Shown piece after piece: positions 48,440 through 57,245 of a stretch of DNA of 64,000 bases; within the stretch, counting starts at the first letter, position 1; every line of letters starts with the position of its first letter. Position numbers and translations under genes: made by a program. Source of the stretch: an uncultured Flavobacteriales bacterium (GTDB lineage Bacteria; Bacteroidota; Bacteroidia; Flavobacteriales_F; PHOS-HE28); contig CAWFCK010000005.1 of assembly GCA_963814325.1 (NCBI GenBank), positions 131,383 to 195,382 on the forward strand, given 5' to 3'. The notes below the pieces were generated by a model. That model did not search any database and was not told the DNA's origin. It saw nothing but the letters and a program-made list of their open reading frames with translations.

Positions 48440-49060
48440 ATGCTGCTCTCCATCCACCCGATCGACCCCGAGCCCCGGAAGATCAAGCAAGTGGTGGACC
48501 TGTTGAACCAGGGCGGGGTGATCGTGTGCCCCACGGATACCGTCTACGCCTTCGTCTGTTCCGCCGAACAGCCCCGCGCCATCGAGGCGGTGGCCAAGCT
48601 CAAGGGAGCCAAGCCCAACAAGGTGGACCTGTCCCTGATCTGTGCCGACATCAGCCAGCTTTCCACCTATGCGCGCGCCGTGGGCACTCCGGCGTTCCGC
48701 ACCATGAAAAAAGCCTTGCCGGGTCCGTACACCTTCATTGTGCAGGCCAGTGGCGAGATCCCGCGGATCTTCAAGAACAACAAGCGCACGGTGGGGATAC
48801 GCGTGCCGGATCATCCTGTGCCGCAGGCGCTTGTGGCGGCCTTGGGCCATGCCTTGGTATGCACCAGCGTGCACGACCCGGACCATGTGGTGGACTATAC
48901 GAACGACCCTGAGCGCATCGACGAGCACATCGGCCATGCTGTTGATCTGGTGATCGACTGCGGCGTGGGTGGGTTGGAAGCATCCACCGTGATCGACCTC
49001 ACGGATAACACCCCGGTGGTGCTGCGCGCAGGCAAGGGGCCGATCGACGCCCTGTTCTAA
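48440..49060 (+). CDS. tsaC: L-threonylcarbamoyladenylate synthase (TsaC/YrdC family)
   Basis: VIVCPTDTVYAFVC...LKGAKPNKV...LPGPYTFIV...TVGIRVPDHPV. Confidence 0.88.
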   Translation: MLLSIHPIDPEPRKIKQVVDLLNQGGVIVCPTDTVYAFVCSAEQPRAIEAVAKLKGAKPNKVDLSLICADISQLSTYARAVGTPAFRTMKKALPGPYTFIVQASGEIPRIFKNNKRTVGIRVPDHPVPQALVAALGHALVCTSVHDPDHVVDYTNDPERIDEHIGHAVDLVIDCGVGGLEASTVIDLTDNTPVVLRAGKGPIDALF

Positions 49061-50580
49061 GCCAAGTCCCGGATCCTGCGCCAAGCGAGCGGAAGCTGCT
49101 CTACCAGGTCGCTGGGGAGCATGCCGTCCATACCCAGATCCATGGCGGCCAGATCACCGGCCAGGCCGTGGCCGTAAACGCCAAGCCGGGCTGCATCGAG
49201 GCTGGGGAGGCCCTGCGCCACCAGACCGGTGATGATCCCGGTAAGCACATCGCCACTGCCGCCCTTTGCCATGCCAGGGTTCCCTGTGGGGTTGAAGTAC
49301 ACCTGACCGTCGGGCGAGCAGATCGCCGTGTAGGCGCCTTTCAGCACAAGCACCACCCCGAAACGTTGGGCGAAGGCCCGGGCGCGTTGCAATCGTTCGT
49401 ACCCCGAACCGGCCTTATCCGTGAGCCGATCGAACTCCTTGGGGTGAGGCGTCAGGATTGAAGTGTTAGGCAAGAACGCAAGCCATGTCTTATTGTCCGA
49501 CAGGATGTTAAGCGCATCAGCATCAACGATCAATGGACTGGGTGGATCCTGGATGAGGCGCTTCAGCAGATCAGCCGTTTCATTTCCCTGACCGATGGCC
49601 GGTCCGACCCCTGTTGCCGTGAAGAGGCCCTTGGCGGGAAGGTGGGTAGCTACCTCCGGAGAGGCATCGATACTGAGCATGGCCTCCGGGACGGCGGTCT
49701 GTAAAATTGGTTCGGCCCCTGCGGGCACGTGCACGGTCAGCAGGCCTACACCCGAACGAACCGCAGCCCTTGCCGCGAGAACGGCGGCTCCCATGGAACT
49801 GCGCCGGCCGGCTACCAGCAGCGCATGCCCGAAATGGCCCTTGTGGTCCGCTCGATGTCGACCGGGCATCCATCTCGCAGCGTCCGTGTCCTCGAGGAGG
49901 TGATATGGACTTTTCAGGCTGGCGATGAAGGCCTTATGGAGCCCAATGGGCAGGATGTGAAGTTGACCGACGAAGGGCGCGTTCTCTGGAAGGAGCAACG
50001 CCAGCTTGGGGCATTCGAAGGTGAGCACCTGATCCGCCTGAACAACGGCCTTGGGGTCATTGCTCGAGTTGTCCTCGGCGAACAGACCGGAGGGCATGTC
50101 GATGGACACCACAGTGTTGGGCCGGGCGTTCAAGGCCATGATCAGGTCCCGGTATCCGCCTTCCAGCTTCCTATCGAGACCCGTGCCGTACAAGGCATCC
50201 AGAACCACCTCGTTCTCAGCCAGTGGAGGCAAGGCGGATCCAAGCCCTAATGCATGTATAGGAACGGCAGTGCCCTTCAATCGTTGATGGTTGGACTGTG
50301 CATCCGAGCTCAGCCCTTTTTCACCGTGGACGAGGAAGACCCGCACGTTGTGGCCTGCCTGGAACAGTAGCCGGGCGATGGCCAGTCCGTCGCCGCCGTT
50401 GTTCCCTGGCCCGCAAATGATGGCGAACGCGGGCTGGCTGGCCAACGGGTAGTAACGGCCGATCCAGTCGGAACAGCATTGGGCTGCGCGCTCCATCAGG
50501 TCGATCGAGGCGATGGGTTCCTCGCGGATGGCCTGCTGGTCGGCCTGACGCATCTGTTCGGCTGTGAGGACGCGGATCAT
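49057..50580 (-). CDS. nnr: bifunctional NAD(P)H-hydrate repair enzyme (epimerase + ADP-dependent dehydratase)
   Basis: N-terminal YjeF_N domain (ICGPGNNGGDGLAIARLL). C-terminal carbohydrate-kinase domain (KGHFGHALLVAG...GGSGDVLTGII). Its stop overlaps the convergent tsaC stop. Confidence 0.9.
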   Translation of the reverse strand: MIRVLTAEQMRQADQQAIREEPIASIDLMERAAQCCSDWIGRYYPLASQPAFAIICGPGNNGGDGLAIARLLFQAGHNVRVFLVHGEKGLSSDAQSNHQRLKGTAVPIHALGLGSALPPLAENEVVLDALYGTGLDRKLEGGYRDLIMALNARPNTVVSIDMPSGLFAEDNSSNDPKAVVQADQVLTFECPKLALLLPENAPFVGQLHILPIGLHKAFIASLKSPYHLLEDTDAARWMPGRHRADHKGHFGHALLVAGRRSSMGAAVLAARAAVRSGVGLLTVHVPAGAEPILQTAVPEAMLSIDASPEVATHLPAKGLFTATGVGPAIGQGNETADLLKRLIQDPPSPLIVDADALNILSDNKTWLAFLPNTSILTPHPKEFDRLTDKAGSGYERLQRARAFAQRFGVVLVLKGAYTAICSPDGQVYFNPTGNPGMAKGGSGDVLTGIITGLVAQGLPSLDAARLGVYGHGLAGDLAAMDLGMDGMLPSDLVEQLPLAWRRIRDLA

Positions 50581-50618
50581 GGTGGGCTTCGAAGGTACCG
50601 AAGCGGTGGTACAAAAAG

Positions 50619-50649
50619 CGAAGGCCCCCCGTTTCCGGAGGGCCTTCGG
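50619..50649 (-). terminator. intrinsic terminator downstream of the outer-membrane protein gene
   Basis: Hairpin cgaaggccc/gggccttcg. On the minus strand it is followed by CTTTTTGT. Confidence 0.7.
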
Positions 50650-50666
50650 TTCAGATGAACTTCTGC

Positions 50667-51506
50667 TTACTGGAAGTAGAAGTTGATGCCGATGCTTGCA
50701 CCGCTTACGCCGGTGTCGAGGCTAAAGCTGCTGCTCTTGTCCTCGTAGCCGTCGCCGGGGGCGCCGCTGCCTTCCACCGTGGTGGACTCAACGGAATCAC
50801 CATCCCATGACTCAACAGTCGTGCTGGCGAGGCCAGTGCTGCTGAGGGCGAGACCCCAGGTGTACTCTCCGCTGAGGGAGATCTTGGGGGCGCAGAACCA
50901 TTCGATACCAGCGAAGGCGTTCAGGCCCAGGCTGAAGGTGCTGCCGCTCTTACGCTCGGTGGTGTAGCTGGTCGGGTTGTCAGCACTGATGGCGTTACCA
51001 GGCTCGAACGTCTCCTTGCCACTGCCAAGGCCCACGTTGAACTCAGCTCCGTACACACCCACAACGCGGGTGCTGCCAACACGTTTCTCCATACCCACAC
51101 CCAGATTCACACCGAAGTAACCGGTCTTGGTCACGTCCTCAACGGTCACCAAAGGATCGGCCTGTCCAGCTTGGGTCACCAATTCGGTGCTCTTGTTGCT
51201 GCCGAAACCAATGCGCAGCTTGCCGCGGTAAGCGGTGTTGGCATCGATCAGCTTCTTGCCACCGATGATAACGGTGGAACCATTGGCAGCGCTGTACAGG
51301 TTGTTCAGAGCGACGCCACCGTTGCTGGTGTTGCCGTTGAACAGGTTTCCAGCGTAACCCAACAGGGGCTGAGCATCGAACGTGAGACCCCAGTCTCCGT
51401 CTTGTGACAGCCAATTCTCACCTTTCGCGCTGGTGATCTCACCCGTCTGGGCAGATACAGCCGTTACGGTGAAGAGCGCTGCGGCGAACAGTACAGTCTT
51501 CTTCAT
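50667..51506 (-). CDS. outer-membrane beta-barrel protein (hypothetical porin-like)
   Basis: Signal peptide MKKTVLFAAALFTVTAVSAQ. The strands are Gly/Ser/Thr-rich and amphipathic, and the terminal strand is SIGINFYFQ. Confidence 0.75.
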   Translation of the reverse strand: MKKTVLFAAALFTVTAVSAQTGEITSAKGENWLSQDGDWGLTFDAQPLLGYAGNLFNGNTSNGGVALNNLYSAANGSTVIIGGKKLIDANTAYRGKLRIGFGSNKSTELVTQAGQADPLVTVEDVTKTGYFGVNLGVGMEKRVGSTRVVGVYGAEFNVGLGSGKETFEPGNAISADNPTSYTTERKSGSTFSLGLNAFAGIEWFCAPKISLSGEYTWGLALSSTGLASTTVESWDGDSVESTTVEGSGAPGDGYEDKSSSFSLDTGVSGASIGINFYFQ

Positions 51507-51580
51507 GTTGAACGTTTTGGTTTGACGTGTTTTTCTTTGGTTAGTGCCCGAATCGGGGCGAAGCTATTCTCTTGCGGCGG

Positions 51581-51611
51581 CAAACTTATGAACATCTGGC
51601 CCATATATCAA
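51581..51611 (-). promoter_or_regulatory. candidate Bacteroidetes-type sigma-A promoter for the OMP gene
   Basis: The minus strand reads TTG-atatatgggccagatgttca-TAAGTTTG. It has a TAnnTTTG -7 box with TTG 20 nt upstream, about 75 nt upstream of ATG 51506, in a visibly AT-richer spacer. Confidence 0.45.
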
Positions 51612-51719
51612 CTAAAAAATGTTGATCACGGGTTCTGAGCATCCATTCACAGCCTTAAAGAACGTCTTCGTCCGACCGAAGCGGGGGCGAATGTAGTAGT
51701 TCGGACCGAACCACCAAGC

Positions 51720-52379
51720 TTAACCGGTGGCCTTGTTACCCAGCATAGGCACAAAGCTGAAGGCTCCATGCTCCTGCCGCTCTACGGCCACGGCCCCTGT
51801 ACGCACAAGGCGCAGCATGGTCTGGTGCGCCCCCGCCCCCACAGGTATCACCATCATTCCCCCTACCCGCAGCTGCGCAAGCAGGTCCTGGGGCACCTCC
51901 GGCGCCCCACACGTCACCAAGATCCGGTCGAACGGAGCATAGGACGGCAACCCCTTGTATCCGTCACCATATATAAGAGTGGCCTTATAGCCCAGGCGAT
52001 CGAGCCGCTGTTTGGTGGCCAGGTGTAAAGGCTTATGGCGTTCAATGCTGAACACTTTGGCACCCAAGGCGGCGAGCACGGCGGTCTGATACCCGCTACC
52101 CGTGCCTATCTCCAGCACCTTGTCGCCCTTCTTCACCTGAAGCAATTGGGTCTGGAAGGCCACCGTGTACGGCTGAGAAATGGTCTGTCCGCACGCGATC
52201 GGAAAGGCCTGATCCAAATAGGCCAGCTTCAGGAAGGCGCTGTCGTCAATAAAGAGATGTCGGGGCACCGCCGCCATGGCGGCCAGCACAGCCTGATCGG
52301 CGATGCGCTTTTGGCGAAGCTCGTCCACCAGTTTTCTGCGCAGGCCTTGGTGGCGATAATCGTCGGGGATGGAACTCAT
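51720..52379 (-). CDS. pcm: protein-L-isoaspartate O-methyltransferase
   Basis: QTISQPYTVAFQTQLL...VLEIGTGSGYQTAVLA...DGYKGLPSYAPFDRILVT. Confidence 0.92.
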   Translation of the reverse strand: MSSIPDDYRHQGLRRKLVDELRQKRIADQAVLAAMAAVPRHLFIDDSAFLKLAYLDQAFPIACGQTISQPYTVAFQTQLLQVKKGDKVLEIGTGSGYQTAVLAALGAKVFSIERHKPLHLATKQRLDRLGYKATLIYGDGYKGLPSYAPFDRILVTCGAPEVPQDLLAQLRVGGMMVIPVGAGAHQTMLRLVRTGAVAVERQEHGAFSFVPMLGNKATG

Positions 52380-52436
52380 GGGTGGGGGTCGGCGAAACTA
52401 TCCGCAGCCGAGCCCTGCCTCGTTGGGGCATCCGGC

Positions 52437-52444
52437 TACTTTTG
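52437..52444 (+). promoter_or_regulatory. possible -7 promoter box (TACTTTTG) upstream of the oxidoreductase gene
   Basis: It matches TAnnTTTG and ends 10 nt before ATG 52455. No well-spaced -33 TTG is seen, so support is weak. Confidence 0.3.
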
Positions 52445-52454
52445 CACGCTTTTC

Positions 52455-53438
52455 ATGGGAAAACCACTTCGCATCGGGATCATGGGCGCCGGCCACTTGG
52501 GCCGCATCCACACGCAACAGGCACGGGAGGTGGCCGAATTGGAGGTGATCGGCGTGTTCGACCCGCATCCCGAGAAGCGACAGGCCGTGGCTGCCGAAAT
52601 GGGCGTGCCGGCACTGGAAAGCCCCGAACAGTTGATCGCCCTGGCCGATATCGTGGATGTGGTGACCCCCACCCTCGCCCACTTCGCCTGTGCCCAGGCC
52701 GCGATGCACGCCGGGAAGCATGTCTTCATCGAGAAACCGGTGACGAACACGTTGGACGAGGCCCGGACGCTGCTGAAGCTGTCGCGCGAAAAAGTCGTGC
52801 AGGTGCAAGTGGGGCATGTGGAGCGCTTCAATCCGGCGTTCCGTGCGGCCCTGGGCTCGTTCAATGCGCCCATGTTCATCGAGATACACCGCCTGGCCCA
52901 GTGGAATCCACGGGGTACGGACGTGAGCGTGGTGCTGGACCTCATGATCCACGACATCGACATCGTACTGCACGTGGTGGGCCGTCCTATTGAGCAGATC
53001 AGTGCCAGCGGCGTGGCCGTGGTGAGCGACAGTCCGGACATCGCCAACGCGCGGATCCAGTTCGAGGGTGGCTGCGTGGCCAACCTCACGGCCAGCCGCA
53101 TCAGCTTGAAGAACATGCGCAAGAGCCGCTTCTTCCAGCGCGACGCCTACATCTCGGTGGACATGTTGGAGAAGAAGACCGAGGTGGTGCGCATGAAGCG
53201 GGTGGAAACGCCGGACCCCTTCGCCGTGAGCATCGACCTGGGGCAAGGGCGCGGGCATCGGGAGATCGGCTTCGACCGTCCGGAAGTGCCAGCCACCAAT
53301 GCCATTCGGGAGGAACTGCGCTCCTTCGCCCAGAGCATCCTGAACGGAACACGCCCCGAAGTGACATTGGAGGACGGACTGGCCGCGCTGGACACGGCGC
53401 ATCGTGTGCTGGACGCCATGTCGGTACAACACGCATGA
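52455..53438 (+). CDS. Gfo/Idh/MocA-family oxidoreductase
   Basis: ATG 52455 within ORF 52035..53438. Rossmann motif LRIGIMGAGHLGRIH, plus HVFIEKPV and a C-terminal alpha/beta domain. Confidence 0.88.
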   Translation: MGKPLRIGIMGAGHLGRIHTQQAREVAELEVIGVFDPHPEKRQAVAAEMGVPALESPEQLIALADIVDVVTPTLAHFACAQAAMHAGKHVFIEKPVTNTLDEARTLLKLSREKVVQVQVGHVERFNPAFRAALGSFNAPMFIEIHRLAQWNPRGTDVSVVLDLMIHDIDIVLHVVGRPIEQISASGVAVVSDSPDIANARIQFEGGCVANLTASRISLKNMRKSRFFQRDAYISVDMLEKKTEVVRMKRVETPDPFAVSIDLGQGRGHREIGFDRPEVPATNAIREELRSFAQSILNGTRPEVTLEDGLAALDTAHRVLDAMSVQHA

Positions 53439-53482
53439 GCCACGCACTGATCCCACAAAGCGTGCGTTATCCCCGCATAGGA

Positions 53483-54366
53483 ATGAAGTTAACCACCCTG
53501 CGGTCCGCTTTTGTGCGGGTCGCACCCTTGCTGTTGATATGCCTGGCGTCCTGCAAGAAGGACGGCCAGGTGCCCAGTTTCGTGCGCCTCTCCCCGGCCA
53601 AGGTGAAGACCGCCGACGGCCTCACGGAGCTCCCCTCCAACATCACGGACATGTGGGTGTTCGCCAATGGCGCGCCGTTGGGTGTATGGCAGCCCAACCG
53701 CCGCATTCCCGTTCTGGAAAAAGGCATCACCACGCTACAAGTGATCGCCGGGGTGCGCCGCAACGGCATTTCCAGCGAACGGATCCAATATCCCTTCCTC
53801 GCCACCTTCAACCAGGAGATCACCTTGCAAGAAGGCTCGGAAGTGCAGGTGGAGCCGGTATTCAACTATTTCGACGAGGCGTTCCCGTTCGTAGAAGGCT
53901 TCGAGGATGCAGGACTGAAGCTGACGACCACCGAAGGCGATACCACGTTCTACCGATTCAACACTGCGCAACCCGGCGAAGCCGAAGACGTGCTCACCGG
54001 CGTGCAATCGGGCGGGTCTTCCTCGACCCTGCTCATGATCTGTTCAGGGCCTTAAGCACTCCGACCAGTACTTCCCGAACGGCTCGCTGAACGCCTTCCT
54101 GGAGGTGGACTACCGCAGCGATACCCGCTTCCTGGTGGGTGTTCGCTTCGCGTTGGGCGGGCAGATCTACACCATACCCTTGGTCTACGTAAGCCCCACC
54201 AAGCTCGGCGATGGCTCCATGCCGTGGAAGCACGTGTATGTGGACCTCGGCTCGGCCTGGGGCACCAGCGGCACGATCTTCCGTCAGTTCTATATCGAGG
54301 CCGCCTTGGAGAACGGGGCCACGAGCGCGCAAGATCACGCTGGACAATGTGAAGGTGGTGTACTGA
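53483..54366 (+). CDS. hypothetical lipoprotein; about three frame disruptions (about 54012, 54050, 54335)
   Basis: MKLTTLRSAFVRVAPLLLICLASC has a lipobox. The body is in ORF 53435..54055. It continues as KHSDQYFPNGSLNAFLEVDYRSDTRFLVG... (ORF 54105 frame) and ends KITLDNVKVVY-stop at 54366. Confidence 0.6.
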
Positions 54367-54369
54367 CCC

Positions 54370-55785
54370 ATGAACAAGCGCCTGCTGGTAGCTGTCTACG
54401 TCCTGGCCGACCTCTTCGGCTCGGCGCTGGCCTGGACGCTCTTCTACCTCTTCCGCAAGGTGTACATGGAACCGGCCAAGTACAAGTACAAGGTGCCGAT
54501 CGAGATGGATGCCAACTATTGGATCGGGCTGGTGCTGATACCGCTCTTCTGGATGGGGCTGTACCTGGTCATCGGCGGTTACGCGGACATCTTGCGGCGG
54601 TTCCGGATCAAAGAGCTGGGGCAAACGTTGCTGATCTCGTTGATCGGCACGGTGGTCATCTTCTTTATGCTGTTGCTGGATGATGTGGTGGCGGACTATC
54701 GCTACTACTACCGCTCCTTCCTGGTGTTGTTCGGCTTGCACTTCGGCATTACTTTCATCCTGCGCTTCATCCTCACCAGTCGCACGGTGCGCCGTGTGCA
54801 CAGCCGCGAGATCGGCTTTAACACCCTGCTGGTGGGGGGCAACGAGCGGGCCATCAGCATCTACCAGGAGATCGAAGGCATGCCCAAGAGCCCCGGCAAC
54901 CGCTTCGTGGGCTTTGTGAGCGTGAACGGCGGCGATCAACAACTGGCGGGCGTGGGGCTGCAGCGCTTGGGCAAATGGCACGACCTGCGAACGCTCATAC
55001 CCCAGTACGCGGTGGAGGAGGCCATCATCGCCGTGGAGAGCAGCGAGCACGAGCACATCAGCCGCATCGTGAACGAGTTGGAAGGCACGCCGGTGCGCAT
55101 CAAGATCATCCCGGACATGTACGACATCCTCAGCGGCAGCGTGAAGATGACCAGCATCTTCGGTGCCCCGCTGATCGAAGTGAACCCGCAGATCATGCCG
55201 GCTTGGCAGTTCGCGATCAAGCGGGCCTTCGACATCACCTTCAGCATCCTGGCCATCGTCCTGCTGTTCTTCCCCATGATGATCATCGCCATACTGGTGA
55301 AGTTCACGTCGCCGGGTCCGGTCTTTTTCCGCCAGGAGCGCATAGGGCTGCAGGGCAAGCCCTTCCGCATCATCAAGTTCCGGAGCATGGTGGCGAACGC
55401 CGAAACGGATGGTCCACAACTGAGCAGCACCACCGATCCGCGCATCACCTCCATCGGTCGCTTCCTGCGGCGCACCCGCATGGATGAATTGCCTCAGTTC
55501 TGGAACGTGCTGAAGGGAGAAATGAGCCTGGTGGGACCGCGCCCGGAGCGCCAGCATTTCATCGACGAGATCACCAAAGTGGCGCCGCACTACCGCCATC
55601 TGCACAAGGTTCGTCCGGGCATCACCAGCTGGGGCCAGGTGAAATTCGGCTATGCCGAGAACGTGGAACAGATGCTGCGCCGCCTGAAGTACGACATCCT
55701 GTATATCGAGAACATGAGCCTGGCCGTGGACTTGAAGATCCTGGCTTACACGGCGCTGATCGTATTGCGCGGCGACGGCAAGTAG
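54370..55785 (+). CDS. polyprenyl-phosphate hexose-1-phosphate transferase (WbaP/exopolysaccharide sugar transferase family)
   Basis: Four N-terminal TM helices and a central Rossmann-like domain. The C-terminal bacterial sugar transferase domain reads KRAFDITFSILAI...SPGPVFFRQERIG...FRIIKFRSM...DELPQFWNVLKGEMSLVGPRP...PGITSWGQV. Confidence 0.9.
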   Translation: MNKRLLVAVYVLADLFGSALAWTLFYLFRKVYMEPAKYKYKVPIEMDANYWIGLVLIPLFWMGLYLVIGGYADILRRFRIKELGQTLLISLIGTVVIFFMLLLDDVVADYRYYYRSFLVLFGLHFGITFILRFILTSRTVRRVHSREIGFNTLLVGGNERAISIYQEIEGMPKSPGNRFVGFVSVNGGDQQLAGVGLQRLGKWHDLRTLIPQYAVEEAIIAVESSEHEHISRIVNELEGTPVRIKIIPDMYDILSGSVKMTSIFGAPLIEVNPQIMPAWQFAIKRAFDITFSILAIVLLFFPMMIIAILVKFTSPGPVFFRQERIGLQGKPFRIIKFRSMVANAETDGPQLSSTTDPRITSIGRFLRRTRMDELPQFWNVLKGEMSLVGPRPERQHFIDEITKVAPHYRHLHKVRPGITSWGQVKFGYAENVEQMLRRLKYDILYIENMSLAVDLKILAYTALIVLRGDGK

Positions 55786-55809
55786 GGGCGGGAAAATTCC
55801 CGCCCCTAC
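55782..55809 (+). terminator. strong hairpin overlapping the sugar-transferase stop codon (probable terminator)
   Basis: The hairpin gtaggggcggga-aaat-tcccgcccctac has a perfect 12-bp stem. cattttc follows 10 nt downstream. Confidence 0.6.
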
Positions 55810-55832
55810 CTTGCCGCCCATTTTCAACCCCC

Positions 55833-56720
55833 ATGAACATTTCCGTCATCGGTGCCGGCCAGATGGGCAACGGCATCGCCCACGTGTTCGCCCAGAGCGG
55901 GCATAGCGTCACCCTGATCGACATTGCACAGGACCGGATCGATCTGGGCATGGCCACGATCGCCAAGAACCTGGACCGGCAGGTGGCCAAAGGCACCCTA
56001 ACCGAGGAACAGAAAAAAACCACGCTGGGCCACATCACCACGGCCACCGACATGGCTGCTGGCGTGAAGAACGCAGGGCTGGTGGTGGAAGCTGCCACGG
56101 AGAACGTGGATCTGAAGCTGAAGATCTTCCGGGACATGGACGCCAACGCCCCCGCTGGCTGCATCCTGGCCACCAACACCAGCAGCATCAGCATCACGCG
56201 CATCGCGGCGGTGACCAAGCGGGCCGACCAGGTGATCGGCATGCACTTCATGAACCCCGTGCCGGTGATGAAGCTGGTCGAGGTGATCCGCGGCTACAAT
56301 ACCAGCGATGCGGTAACGCGGACGATAATGGACCTCAGCGCGGCCATCGGCAAAGTGCCCGTGGAAGTGAACGACTGCGCGGGCTTCGTGGCGAACCGCA
56401 TCCTGATGCCCATGATCAACGAGGCCATCGAGACCTTGTTCCAAGGCGTTGGCGGCGTGGCCGAGATCGACACCGTGATGAAGCTGGGTATGGCGCATCC
56501 GATGGGACCATTGCAACTCGCAGACTTCATCGGGCTGGACACCTGCCTGGCGATCATGCGTGTGCTGCACGAGGGCTTCGGCAACCCGAAATATGCCCCC
56601 TGCCCGCTTCTGGTGCAGATGGTGACCGCGGGCAAGCTCGGTGTAAAGAGCGGCGAAGGCTTCTACCAGTACACGGCGGGCAGCAAGGACCTGGTGGTGG
56701 CGAAGGCGTTCGTACGGTGA
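55833..56720 (+). CDS. hbd: 3-hydroxybutyryl-CoA / 3-hydroxyacyl-CoA dehydrogenase
   Basis: ISVIGAGQMGNGIAHV...EAATENVDLKLKIF...NTSSISIT...GMHFMNPVPVMKLVE...GFVANRIL. Confidence 0.92.
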   Translation: MNISVIGAGQMGNGIAHVFAQSGHSVTLIDIAQDRIDLGMATIAKNLDRQVAKGTLTEEQKKTTLGHITTATDMAAGVKNAGLVVEAATENVDLKLKIFRDMDANAPAGCILATNTSSISITRIAAVTKRADQVIGMHFMNPVPVMKLVEVIRGYNTSDAVTRTIMDLSAAIGKVPVEVNDCAGFVANRILMPMINEAIETLFQGVGGVAEIDTVMKLGMAHPMGPLQLADFIGLDTCLAIMRVLHEGFGNPKYAPCPLLVQMVTAGKLGVKSGEGFYQYTAGSKDLVVAKAFVR

Positions 56721-57211
56721 CCATTCGCGAAGCCACGCGGGCGGATATTCCGTTGATCCAGGACATCGCGCGCGCCACCTGGCCGGTGTGCTACGCGAAC
56801 ATCATCAGCCCGGCGCAGATCGCCTACATGCTCGATCTGATGTACGGCACGCCCGCATTGGAGGCGCAGTTCGGGCCGAAGGGGCACCGGTTCCTTATCG
56901 CGGAGCAGGAAGGCCAACCCATCGGATTCGCGGGCTTTGAGCACGGATATCAAGGCGGAGAGCGCACGCGCCTTCACAAGCTCTACGTGCTGCCAGACGT
57001 GAAGGGAAGCGGCGTGGGACATGCCCTGTTGGAAGCTGCTTTGGCGGAAACGCGGAAGCGAGGCGACGCGGCCATGGAGTTGAACGTGAATAAGCGGAAC
57101 TCCGCGAAGGACTTCTACGCGCGCCACGGCTTTGTCGTTGAACGCGACGAAGTGCTGGACATCGGGCAGGGCTATGTGATGGACGATCATGTGATGGTGT
57201 TGGGCTGGTGA
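56717..57211 (+). CDS. GNAT-family N-acetyltransferase
   Basis: The GTG start overlaps the hbd stop (GTGA). The acetyl-CoA binding motif is LYVLPDVKGSGVGHALLEAAL...FYARHGF. Confidence 0.85.
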   Translation: MTIREATRADIPLIQDIARATWPVCYANIISPAQIAYMLDLMYGTPALEAQFGPKGHRFLIAEQEGQPIGFAGFEHGYQGGERTRLHKLYVLPDVKGSGVGHALLEAALAETRKRGDAAMELNVNKRNSAKDFYARHGFVVERDEVLDIGQGYVMDDHVMVLGW

Positions 57212-57245
57212 TCTGGCGGCAACTACCTTCATCCCACCTTTCACC